Of a stretch of DNA of 64,000 bases, positions 18,377 through 25,305 are shown piece by piece (position 1 is the stretch's first letter; each line of letters starts with the position of its first letter). Under the pieces are notes generated by a model. That model was not told the origin of the DNA and made no database searches. It worked only from the letters and a program-made list of their open reading frames with translations. This stretch comes from Candidatus Moraniibacteriota bacterium. Lineage in GTDB: Bacteria; Patescibacteriota; Minisyncoccia; Moranbacterales; UBA1568. The translations under genes were made by a program, and so were the position numbers. The stretch covers positions 17,059-81,058 of the forward strand of contig JAHBAT020000015.1 in assembly GCA_018499985.2 (NCBI GenBank). The letters are read 5' to 3'.

Positions 18377-18405
18377 TTGACGAGGGCTCGTTTCTCTGAT
18401 AGTCT
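18377..18405 (+). promoter_or_regulatory. Candidate sigma70-type promoter for the rplJ-rplL leader
   Basis: TTGACG (18377-18382), 17-nt spacer, TAGTCT (18400-18405). Confidence 0.4.
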
Positions 18406-18409
18406 AGAT

Positions 18410-18573
18410 ACACAATAAAATACTCCGTAGAAACAAGGCATACCACTCGTCCAGTCAAATGGCAGAGGTAGATAAGTCCTTGTGAGGAACTTCACAGCAG
18501 TCATTGGTCATATCCTGACAAAAGATAGTGCTGGGAAATTTCTCATCTGCGGACGTTCCGCAGATTTTTTTTA
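18410..18573 (+). promoter_or_regulatory. rplJ 5' leader ending in a strong terminator hairpin (candidate L10-type autoregulatory attenuator)
   Basis: An 8-bp stem atctgcgg/ccgcagat (18545-18565) plus a T8 run ends only about 16 nt before the rplJ ATG. rplJL transcription therefore has to read through it. Confidence 0.5.
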
Positions 18574-18588
18574 ATTTACAAATCTCAT

Positions 18589-19110
18589 ATGCAGACCAAA
18601 CAACAAAAAGAAGTCTTGGTGCAGGAGGTAGTAGATAAAATCAAAGATTCAAAAGCTTTGGTTTTTGCCAACTACCAAGGAGTGAATGTGAAAGACATCA
18701 CTGAACTCCGCCGAGAGCTTCGCAAAAGTGGTTCTGGATGGCAGGTACTGAAGAAGACCCTTCTCAATATCGCTCTCAAGAACGCTGGCGTAGAAGTCAA
18801 TAGTCGCGAGCTTAGTGGACAGATCGGTGTAGCCTACTCAAAAGACGAAGTAGTGGCAGCCAAAACCCTCGCAGACTTTATCAAGAGTCACAAGGGTACC
18901 AAGTTTACCATCGAAGGTGGTTCGCTCGGTGAAAAGAATTTGAGCGCAGTAGAAGTACAGGCTTTGGCCAAGCTTCCAAGTCAGGATGAGCTTCGAGGAC
19001 AACTTGTCGGAACTCTCCAGGCTCCAATCTCAAGTTTTGTCCGAGTATTGGGTGGCAATATCAGTGGCTTCGTTCGAGTGCTCAAGGCCATTGAAGAGCA
19101 GAAAGCATAA
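18589..19110 (+). CDS. rplJ: 50S ribosomal protein L10
   Basis: 173 aa: KQQKEVLVQEVVDKIKDSKALVFANYQGVNVKDITELRRELRKSG. Followed by rplL. Confidence 0.93.
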   Translation: MQTKQQKEVLVQEVVDKIKDSKALVFANYQGVNVKDITELRRELRKSGSGWQVLKKTLLNIALKNAGVEVNSRELSGQIGVAYSKDEVVAAKTLADFIKSHKGTKFTIEGGSLGEKNLSAVEVQALAKLPSQDELRGQLVGTLQAPISSFVRVLGGNISGFVRVLKAIEEQKA

Positions 19111-19148
19111 GTATATTTATTCATTTGTTATTAATTTAAAATAAGATT

Positions 19149-19556
19149 ATGTCAGAAGAAAAAAAGGAAGTAGTAGTACCAGCAAAGTTTGAAAAAATCG
19201 TTGCTGAAATCGAAAAGATGAGTGTTCTTGATCTTTCAGAACTCGTATCTGTACTCGAAGACAAGTTTGGTGTATCAGCTGCTGCTCCTATGATGATGGG
19301 TGCTATGCCAGCTGCCGCTGGTGCTGCAGAAGCTGCAGACGAAAAGAGTGACTTTGATGTAGAGCTTACCTCAGCTGGTGCTCAGAAGATCAATGTTATC
19401 AAGGCTGTTCGTGAAATCACCGGTCTTGGTCTTAAGGAAGCTAAGGACCTTGTAGACGCTGCTCCTAAGGTTATCAAGGAAAAGGTGGCTAAGGCAGAAG
19501 CTGAAGATCTTAAGAAGAAGCTTGAAGAAGCTGGTGCAAGCGTAGTATTGAAATAA
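19149..19556 (+). CDS. rplL: 50S ribosomal protein L7/L12
   Basis: 135 aa: Ala-rich hinge ([20 protein letters not shown]), then [24 protein letters not shown]...[10 protein letters not shown]. Confidence 0.95.
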   Translation: MSEEKKEVVVPAKFEKIVAEIEKMSVLDLSELVSVLEDKFGVSAAAPMMMGAMPAAAGAAEAADEKSDFDVELTSAGAQKINVIKAVREITGLGLKEAKDLVDAAPKVIKEKVAKAEAEDLKKKLEEAGASVVLK

Positions 19557-19584
19557 GCATCTCTTCTTTCATAAGAAAACAAAC

Positions 19585-19612
19585 AATCCGCCCTTAGGCG
19601 GATTTTTGTTTT
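19585..19612 (+). terminator. Intrinsic terminator after rplL
   Basis: Stem aatccgcc (19585-19592) pairs with ggcggatt (19597-19604), followed by a T-run. Confidence 0.75.
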
Positions 19613-19663
19613 GTTAGGGAGAAATTGATATAATACGAGGGTAATTTAAACAAATATCTTGCT

Positions 19664-20263
19664 ATGGAATTTTTTGGTATTGATTTAGTAGAGCTTATCC
19701 GTACGGTGGGATATGCTGGAGTATGGGGGATTGTATTTGCAGAGACGGGTCTTTTTTTGGGATTTTTCTTGCCAGGGGACAGTCTTTTGTTTGTGGCGGG
19801 ATTTCTTTCTGGTGGAGGCTTCTTCTCACTCCCAATTATGCTTATCGGCGTCTCAGTTTCAGCTATCTTGGGTAATTTTGTAGGATATGAATTTGGCAAG
19901 TTTGTGGGGCCAAGATTGTTTCATAAAGAAGACTCTCTTATCTTCAAAAAAGCTCATTTGCTCAAGGCGCAGCGTTACTACGAGCATCATGGACCTAAGA
20001 CCATCTTTTTAGCTCGATTTATGCCTATTGTAAGGACTTTTGCCCCAATTGTGGCCGGTATAGCCCAAATGGATCTCAAGGTCTTCTGGTTCTATAATAT
20101 CGTCAGTGGTGTGGTATGGTCATTTTCCCTTATTCTTCTTGGTTACTACCTCGGTAGCGTCATAGATGTCGATAAGTACCTTCTTCCAATTATCCTTCTT
20201 ATTATCTTTCTTTCTTTCCTTCCAGCGATTATTTCTTACATCAAAGAAAAGCGACGCGGATAA
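19664..20263 (+). CDS. DedA/SNARE-associated family membrane protein
   Basis: 199 aa: GVWGIVFAETGLFLGFFLPGDSLLFVAGFL...YYEHHGPKTIFLARFMPIVRTFAPIVAGI. Confidence 0.85.
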   Translation: MEFFGIDLVELIRTVGYAGVWGIVFAETGLFLGFFLPGDSLLFVAGFLSGGGFFSLPIMLIGVSVSAILGNFVGYEFGKFVGPRLFHKEDSLIFKKAHLLKAQRYYEHHGPKTIFLARFMPIVRTFAPIVAGIAQMDLKVFWFYNIVSGVVWSFSLILLGYYLGSVIDVDKYLLPIILLIIFLSFLPAIISYIKEKRRG

Positions 20264-20285
20264 TAAAGTAAAAGAGATGTACAAT

Positions 20286-20316
20286 AAAACCCCCTCGAAA
20301 GGGGGTTTTATTTTTT
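20286..20316. terminator. Bidirectional terminator between dedA-like and peroxiredoxin genes
   Basis: Stem accccc (20289-20294) pairs with gggggt (20301-20306). An A-run lies upstream and a T-run downstream. Confidence 0.7.
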
Positions 20317-20331
20317 CTTCAACAAGTGAGA

Positions 20332-20877
20332 CTAAGCGGCTTGTTCTTTGAGGTAGTTGAGCATAGTATCTGCATCACTGACCTCGAAAGGATCAGTCTG
20401 GCAGTTATCGCTGTAGCCTTCTTCAGCAAAGACTTGTTTGATTTCCCCATCCTCTACGAGCATAGAGTAGCGCCATGAGCGGTCACCAAATCCAAGATTT
20501 TCTTTCTTTACAAGCATATCAATACCACGAGTAAAGTCAGCATTGCCATCTGGAAGCATCTTGACCTTAGAAACACCAAGATCATCAGCCCACTTTTTCA
20601 TAACAAAAGCGTCATTGACTGAAAGGCAGTAGATTTCATCTACACCAAGACTCTTGATTTCATCATACTTAGCTTCATAGCCAGGTGCATGAGTAGAAGA
20701 GCAGGTAGGTGTAAAAGCACCCGGAAGACCGAAGACGACAATTTTTTTGCCACCAAAGATTTCAGAGCTTGCTACATCCTGCCAACGATATGGGTTTGGT
20801 CCTTCTACGGACTCATCGCGTACACGTGTTTTGAAGATCACTTCAGGCACACGGCTACCTACGAGTTTGTGCGACAT
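20332..20877 (-). CDS. Peroxiredoxin (Prx5-like, AhpC/TSA superfamily)
   Basis: 181 aa: KIVVFGLPGAFTPTCSSTHAPGY...LSVNDAFVMKKW. Peroxidatic Cys in a PGAFTPTC context. Confidence 0.85.
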   Translation of the reverse strand: MSHKLVGSRVPEVIFKTRVRDESVEGPNPYRWQDVASSEIFGGKKIVVFGLPGAFTPTCSSTHAPGYEAKYDEIKSLGVDEIYCLSVNDAFVMKKWADDLGVSKVKMLPDGNADFTRGIDMLVKKENLGFGDRSWRYSMLVEDGEIKQVFAEEGYSDNCQTDPFEVSDADTMLNYLKEQAA

Positions 20878-20954
20878 ATATTTGTGTTAGAGAATTAGTA
20901 CCTCATGAGAGGCTACTTCTATGATAGAGAGTCCCATGCAAAGAGTCAAAAAAG

Positions 20955-20963
20955 TGGTATAAT
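20955..20963 (+). promoter_or_regulatory. Extended -10 promoter element upstream of the GFA-family gene
   Basis: TGgTATAAT at 20955-20963, about 29 nt upstream of the ATG at 20992. Confidence 0.4.
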
Positions 20964-20991
20964 ATAAAAATAATTGAAAACACATACGCAT

Positions 20992-21342
20992 ATGGAAACA
21001 TACAAGGGAGCTTGTCATTGTCAGGCAGTGGGGTTTGAGGTGGATATGGAACTTACCAAGGCAGTAGAGTGTAACTGTAGTCATTGTTATCTCAAGGGTT
21101 TCCTGCTTACTTTTGTCCCGGGCAGTACGGTGCGGATTCTTAGGGGAGAAGACATGCTCACAGAATATCGTTTCAACAAGGAGCATATAGCACACTTGTT
21201 CTGCAAGGTCTGTGGCGCTCAGCCATTTGGACGAGCCAATGACGCCGAGGGCAATATGACCTATGCTATCAATATCCGCACCCTAGAAGGAGTGGAGCCA
21301 GAAGTTTTAGAAATCACTCAGTTTGACGGTAAGAATATGTAA
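20992..21342 (+). CDS. GFA/CENP-V family zinc protein (glutathione-dependent formaldehyde-activating-like)
   Basis: METYKGACHCQAVGFEV...ECNCSHCYLKGF...HLFCKVCGAQPFG. Cys pattern of the GFA domain. I prefer the ATG at 20992 over the TTG at 20974. Confidence 0.8.
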   Translation: METYKGACHCQAVGFEVDMELTKAVECNCSHCYLKGFLLTFVPGSTVRILRGEDMLTEYRFNKEHIAHLFCKVCGAQPFGRANDAEGNMTYAINIRTLEGVEPEVLEITQFDGKNM

Positions 21343-21343
21343 A

Positions 21344-21380
21344 CAAAAAACCGCCCAGATTACTCGGGGCGGTTTTTTGT
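21344..21380. terminator. Bidirectional terminator between GFA-family and cold-shock genes
   Basis: Stem ccgccc (21351-21356) pairs with gggcgg (21367-21372), flanked by A6 and T6 runs. Confidence 0.75.
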
Positions 21381-21394
21381 TATGAGGCTAATGC

Positions 21395-21592
21395 TTACGC
21401 ACGAGCAACATTGGTAGCTGCAGGACCTTTAGGACCTTCAGTGATTTCAAAAGTGACATTGTCACCTACTTGAAGCTCAGTGAAAGTAACACCTGAAAGT
21501 TCATTAGCGTGAAAGAAAAGATCCTTACTCTCACCTTCGCGAGAGATAAAGCCAAATCCTTTGTCTGTGAGGGTTTTGATTGTACCGTTCAT
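21395..21592 (-). CDS. Cold-shock domain protein (CspA family)
   Basis: 65 aa: MNGTIKTLTDKGFGFISREGESKDLFFHANEL. RNP1/RNP2 motifs. Confidence 0.95.
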   Translation of the reverse strand: MNGTIKTLTDKGFGFISREGESKDLFFHANELSGVTFTELQVGDNVTFEITEGPKGPAATNVARA

Positions 21593-21691
21593 AGTTTTTT
21601 GTGGGCTATAATTTTCTCTGAAACTCGACTACTTTTTCATTCTGCGTTAATTGCATAGTATAACCATGACACACTCTGGGGATAATTGCAA

Positions 21692-22030
21692 CTAAAATTG
21701 GAGCCTTTTGGCAGGAAAGTCCTTGATACGGCCTTTTCCATCGAGTTCGATACCTTCTTTCTTGTAGAGTTTGAGGCGTTTTTGCTCGTATTCCGGACTC
21801 ATCCACACTCGGCCATCGCTATAGACGATACGGTGAAAAGGGATGCCTTTCTCGCCATTTTGGTAGGCTTTGCCAAGAATACTCGTGATACTCTGAGAGG
21901 TCATAGGCCCGCCACCACAAGCCCGAGCAATATCGCCATAGGTAGAGACTTTGCCTGGAGGGATAGAGAGAGCAAGCCGTACGACACGTTCGCTGAAGGT
22001 GGGGGAAAGTTTTTTGGTGGGAGGGGTCAT
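21692..22030 (-). CDS. MGMT-family DNA-binding domain protein lacking the acceptor cysteine (alkyltransferase-like, ATL)
   Basis: 112 aa: VSTYGDIARACGGGPMTSQSITSILG...GIPFHRIVYSDGRV. The PCHR active-site Cys is replaced by Phe, and there is no N-terminal domain. Confidence 0.7.
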   Translation of the reverse strand: MTPPTKKLSPTFSERVVRLALSIPPGKVSTYGDIARACGGGPMTSQSITSILGKAYQNGEKGIPFHRIVYSDGRVWMSPEYEQKRLKLYKKEGIELDGKGRIKDFPAKRLQF

Positions 22031-22081
22031 GAATGTGTCGTATAATATAAATAAGCTTCAATAATTTAAACAAAACTAAAT

Positions 22082-22348
22082 ATGACTCCGTTTCTCGCTT
22101 TCTTTAATACCATTATATCACTTCTACTTTTATTTTTTTTCGTCCTTGCCGCTGGAACTGCAAGAGATGAATTTATGATGAGCTATTTAATTTTTCCAAT
22201 AACTGTAATTTTTTTATTAAGCATAGTTACAGGTTGGTTGGTTGCGCTTAAAAAAGCGTCTGGGAATATTATTAAAATTTGGAGAGTTACACAAACTGTA
22301 AGTGTTTTGGTTCTCCTGATACTACTGATAGGAACATTTGCTCGATGA
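22082..22348 (+). CDS. Small membrane protein, function unknown
   Basis: 88 aa with three hydrophobic segments. AT-rich, with no recognisable motif. Confidence 0.45.
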   Translation: MTPFLAFFNTIISLLLLFFFVLAAGTARDEFMMSYLIFPITVIFLLSIVTGWLVALKKASGNIIKIWRVTQTVSVLVLLILLIGTFAR

Positions 22349-22390
22349 GATGGCTATTATTTAAATAGTGATAAAATAGTTTGAAATTAC

Positions 22391-22690
22391 TTATCCCAGG
22401 GAGACCGAGCATAAACTCCAGCCTGCCGGCAGGCAGGTCTCATCCTTATAGCACGGGCAGGTTCGAATGCTCCTGCTCGAAAAGCTCGCAGTCCGCTCTA
22501 TAGGACTTCCTCTATTTTTTACCCGGGCAGGAATCGAACTACTCGCCTTCGATAAACTCAGGCTGCGTTCTGAGAACCCACGGTTCTCAGCGTCCGCCAG
22601 CTGGCGGACTGCTCTCCTCCAACGGAAAACCGTTACGTTTTCCAACCCTTTCGTCTGTTCGATTCCGGCCCGAAGATAGCCATATAAATA
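22391..22690 (-). ncRNA. Unclassified structured RNA candidate (hairpin-dense, GC-enriched). RNase-P-like sequence words are present but the architecture is not canonical. Strand is tentative.
   Basis: Chain of perfect hairpins, given as plus-strand sequence: ggaaaac/gttttcc (22624-22643), gtccgcc/ggcggac (22592-22609) and ctgagaacc/ggttctcag (22570-22590). There is also a 17-bp long-range inverted repeat (22523-22539 with 22657-22673) and a 9-nt complement, gcagtccgc/gcggactgc on the minus strand. Minus-strand words are tagaGGAAGTCC, CAGAACgcaGCCtgagtTTATCG and AAGGGTTGgaaaacGTAAc. No plausible protein is encoded. Confidence 0.4.
22521..22675. repeat. About 155-bp element bounded by imperfect 17-bp terminal inverted repeats derived from a tRNA T-arm/acceptor-like sequence
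   Basis: Left arm ccgggcaggaatcgaac (22523-22539). The reverse complement of the right arm (22657-22673) is tcgggccggaatcgaac, matching at 15 of 17 positions. Both arms resemble the tRNA-Gln 3' end, ccgggtaggattcgaac. Confidence 0.55.
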
Positions 22691-22725
22691 AAAAGAAATG
22701 GGCATAAATCCCATTTCTTTTTATT
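22690..22725. terminator. Bidirectional hairpin terminator downstream of tRNA-Gln
   Basis: Stem aagaaatggg pairs with cccatttctt (about 22693-22719), flanked by A-runs and T-runs on both sides. Confidence 0.7.
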
Positions 22726-22730
22726 ATGTG

Positions 22731-22802
22731 TTACCCGGGTAGGATTCGAACCTACGCATGCAAGGACCAAAACCTTGTGCCTTACCACTTGGCGACCGGG
22801 TA
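22731..22802 (-). tRNA. tRNA-Gln (anticodon UUG)
   Basis: The minus strand reads TACCCGG-TC-GCCAAGTGGTAAGGC-A-CAAGG-TTTTGGT-CCTTG-CATGC-GTAGG-TTCGAAT-CCTAC-CCGGGTA-A. This folds as a cloverleaf with anticodon TTG and the U1:A72 pair typical of bacterial tRNA-Gln. CCA is not encoded. Confidence 0.93.
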
Positions 22803-22813
22803 ATATTTTGTTG

Positions 22814-24469
22814 CTAGGTGGTCATAGTGCCACCTAGCAAATTGAGCGCTTGAGAAATCAGGGGATTCTCGGAAGCAGGTACTTCTTCGGTCTTAGCCCC
22901 TTCTTCCTCGAGTTCAATTTTCAGCCCGAGTTTTAGCCCTAAAATCCTATCAAAGGCCTCGAGGAGTGTCAATTGATTGGCTTTATCCATGAGACGTTCT
23001 TTGTGGAAGGGGTATTTGACGCCAATGGTGACTACGTTTTTTTCCACGCTTTTAGGGATAGCAGTAGAGAGAGCAAGCGTAAGAGAGGCATTAAGGTCTT
23101 TGGCGACACGCTGAATCTGAGTCCAGTTTTCGCTAAACTGAGCGAGAGTAAGGCTGACAGCGTCATCAATGACCTCGGGAATCATAGCTGCTTCCTGGGT
23201 GATAGGAGTTTCTTTGATCACAGGTGCTGGTGAGATTTTTGGGACTTCTTTTGCTGTCTGACTAGCTTCGATAAACTCAGCTTCTGCGACCGGAGTAGTT
23301 TTAGGTGCTACTGGAGTTTTTTTTTCGATAGCCACAGGTGACTTTGGAGCAGGAGGAGTAGGCGAAGAAGCGCTCTTTGTACCGAGGGTATCAATCATAC
23401 GTACAAGCGCTATCTCGAGAGGGAGTTCTGGGATGACTGCTTGGGAGCTTTCTTTTTGGGCAGCCACAAGAATTTCGAGGAGCTTCACGACGTCGAGGCT
23501 TTGGATTTCTTTGGAAAGGGCTGTAAAAGTATCAACTTGCTCTTTGGTGAGGGTGCTACGGAGAAGGCTCGGGACTTCGGTAGTGGCAGTGAAGAGTAAG
23601 AGATCACGGAGGAAGTGCATAAAGCCAGTCACGAGGACACGGAAGTCGCGACCTTCATCGCCGAGTTTGCGGACATGGGTGAGGGCGTCTAGAAGATGGC
23701 CACTTTGGATATCACGAAAAAGCTCTGCGTAGGTTTCATGCTTAGCGGTGCCCAAGACATCGATAACTATATCCTCGGTAATTTTTTTGACTTCGAGTGA
23801 GTAGATTTGTGTCAGAAGAGATTCGGCGTCACGCATACCGCCTTCTGAAGCAAGGGCTATTTGATTTAAAGCGCCTGGTTCAATGCTGATTTTTTCTTCT
23901 TTGGCGATACGCTCGAGCTTTTCTATGATACTCGCTACCGGGAAACGCCCAAGATCAAAACGCTGACAACGAGAGACAATAGTGTCAGGGACTTTATGAA
24001 GAGCAGTAGTAGCCAGGATAAACATCACATGTGATGGAGGCTCCTCAAGGGTTTTTAGGAGGGCATTGAAGGCTCCAATAGAGAGCATATGAACTTCATC
24101 GATGATGTAGATCTTGCGTTTACCAAGGGTCGGCGGGAGAGCAATAGTTTCTCGGAGTTCACGGATATTGTCGACACCAGTGTGTGAAGCAGCATCTATC
24201 TCTATAATGTCGAGTGAGCGACCTTCTTCCATCTGTACGCAGTGAGCGCATTTGCCGCAGGGTTCCGACTTCTTGCGGTCGAGACAGTTTATCGCTTTGG
24301 CAAAGATGCGAGCAAGCGTGGTCTTGCCGGTACCACGGGGACCAGTAAAAAGATAGGCCTGACCTACTTTGTCGGAGGTAAGGGCATTGGTGAGGGTAGT
24401 GACGATATGTGTCTGTCCTACGACGTCAGCGAAGGTTTTGGGTCGATATTTGCGGTACAGGGTGGTCAT
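22814..24469 (-). CDS. dnaX: DNA polymerase III subunit gamma/tau
   Basis: MTTLYRKYRPKTFADVVGQTHIV...YLFTGPRGTGKTTLARIFAKAINC...CGKCAHC...IYIIDEVHMLS. The ORF is open to 24529, but the homology-consistent ATG is at 24469. A Pro/Ala/Thr-rich linker follows domain III. Confidence 0.93.
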   Translation of the reverse strand: MTTLYRKYRPKTFADVVGQTHIVTTLTNALTSDKVGQAYLFTGPRGTGKTTLARIFAKAINCLDRKKSEPCGKCAHCVQMEEGRSLDIIEIDAASHTGVDNIRELRETIALPPTLGKRKIYIIDEVHMLSIGAFNALLKTLEEPPSHVMFILATTALHKVPDTIVSRCQRFDLGRFPVASIIEKLERIAKEEKISIEPGALNQIALASEGGMRDAESLLTQIYSLEVKKITEDIVIDVLGTAKHETYAELFRDIQSGHLLDALTHVRKLGDEGRDFRVLVTGFMHFLRDLLLFTATTEVPSLLRSTLTKEQVDTFTALSKEIQSLDVVKLLEILVAAQKESSQAVIPELPLEIALVRMIDTLGTKSASSPTPPAPKSPVAIEKKTPVAPKTTPVAEAEFIEASQTAKEVPKISPAPVIKETPITQEAAMIPEVIDDAVSLTLAQFSENWTQIQRVAKDLNASLTLALSTAIPKSVEKNVVTIGVKYPFHKERLMDKANQLTLLEAFDRILGLKLGLKIELEEEGAKTEEVPASENPLISQALNLLGGTMTT

Positions 24470-24608
24470 AGGGAGGATGGGAGAATCAAGGAAAGTAATA
24501 GATATAGTATAGCGTGATTTTGGGAACAAAAAAAGCTTGCCCCGTTAGAGTGAAAAAGAGGAAGCTTTAGTTGAATGAGAGCTCAAACTCTCATGAGGTC
24601 ACCTTGGC

Positions 24609-25289
24609 TTATTTCTTAAAAACGAAGAATTTGTAGCCTACGAAGTTCCAGGCAAGACCAAGGATGCTTCCAAGAGCAGCGCCAATAAGACCAGCCTGGG
24701 CTACTGTGAAGGATCCAGTAGAAATCACAGCACTAAAGGCAAGAGAAGCAATAGTGACATTGATTGCAAAGCCGATAAGACTTACCAAGAAGAACTGAAA
24801 GAACTGATTTGATGGAGCGCTCGCCTTGGTGGCTCCAAAAGTCCAGTATTTATTCCAGAAAAAGCTGTTGATATTGGCCACGATAAAAGAGATAGCCTTA
24901 TAGAGTGAGTAGTAGGTAACGACAAGAGTAGCCAGGGTAAACCAGGTGGTTTCAGAAGCATGACGAGTGTCGTTGGCTACTAAGATAGTGATAAAGGCCA
25001 ATACACCAAGGTCTACAAGAGTATTCATCACTCCGATAACGAGAAATTTGGCTAGCTGCCAGACGAGAGGAATTTTTTTGGCGATAAATGAAGAGACTAC
25101 AAGTCCAGCGGGTACACCTAAGGCAAAGAACGGTACAATAAAAAGTTTGAGGGCATCAAAGAGACTTGGCTTGGCATTTTTTAAGATAGGGAGAAGAAGA
25201 AGCCCAATAAGGATTCCAGCCAAAAGACCAAGAAGATAGTCTTTTTTGCCACCAGTGTAGCTTGAAGCTGGTGTGATTTGCTCGTCCAT
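24609..25289 (-). CDS. GtrA-family membrane protein with an N-terminal extension
   Basis: 226 aa: KFLVIGVMNTLVDLGVLAFI...FFWNKYWTFG...LAWNFVGYKFFVF. GtrA-like four-TM core, preceded by extra TM segments. Confidence 0.75.
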   Translation of the reverse strand: MDEQITPASSYTGGKKDYLLGLLAGILIGLLLLPILKNAKPSLFDALKLFIVPFFALGVPAGLVVSSFIAKKIPLVWQLAKFLVIGVMNTLVDLGVLAFITILVANDTRHASETTWFTLATLVVTYYSLYKAISFIVANINSFFWNKYWTFGATKASAPSNQFFQFFLVSLIGFAINVTIASLAFSAVISTGSFTVAQAGLIGAALGSILGLAWNFVGYKFFVFKK

Positions 25290-25305
25290 AGAATTGTCGT
25301 CAGTA

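Noticed and set aside
22391-22690. tmRNA (ssrA) interpretation. The minus strand has a GGAATCGAAC word like the tmRNA 5' GGAUUCGAC, T-loop-like TTCGATT/TTCGAA words, and a short frame ending ...GSQNAA-TGA that looks like a degradation tag.
   Set aside because: I could not pair a 5' acceptor strand with either candidate 3' end. No G3:U70-type acceptor is present. The T-stems flanking the TTCGA loops do not pair canonically. The tag frame is buried in two perfect hairpins. The idea is left for cmsearch to settle.
22391-22690. Canonical RNase P RNA (rnpB) call.
   Set aside because: The conserved words are present. However, the P4-5'-like GAGGAAGTCC lies 3' of the S-domain-like and P4-3'-like words, and only about 115 nt follow it. 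No standard type A or type B fold fits. I report the region as an unclassified RNA candidate.
22391-22714. Track ORFs of 107 aa (minus strand) and 70 aa (plus strand, 22467-22679) in the tRNA-Gln-adjacent region.
   Set aside because: The translations are low-complexity Ser/Arg/Gly/Pro strings with no start context. The DNA is a chain of perfect hairpins and tRNA-like fragments. The open frames are a by-product of GC-rich structured sequence.
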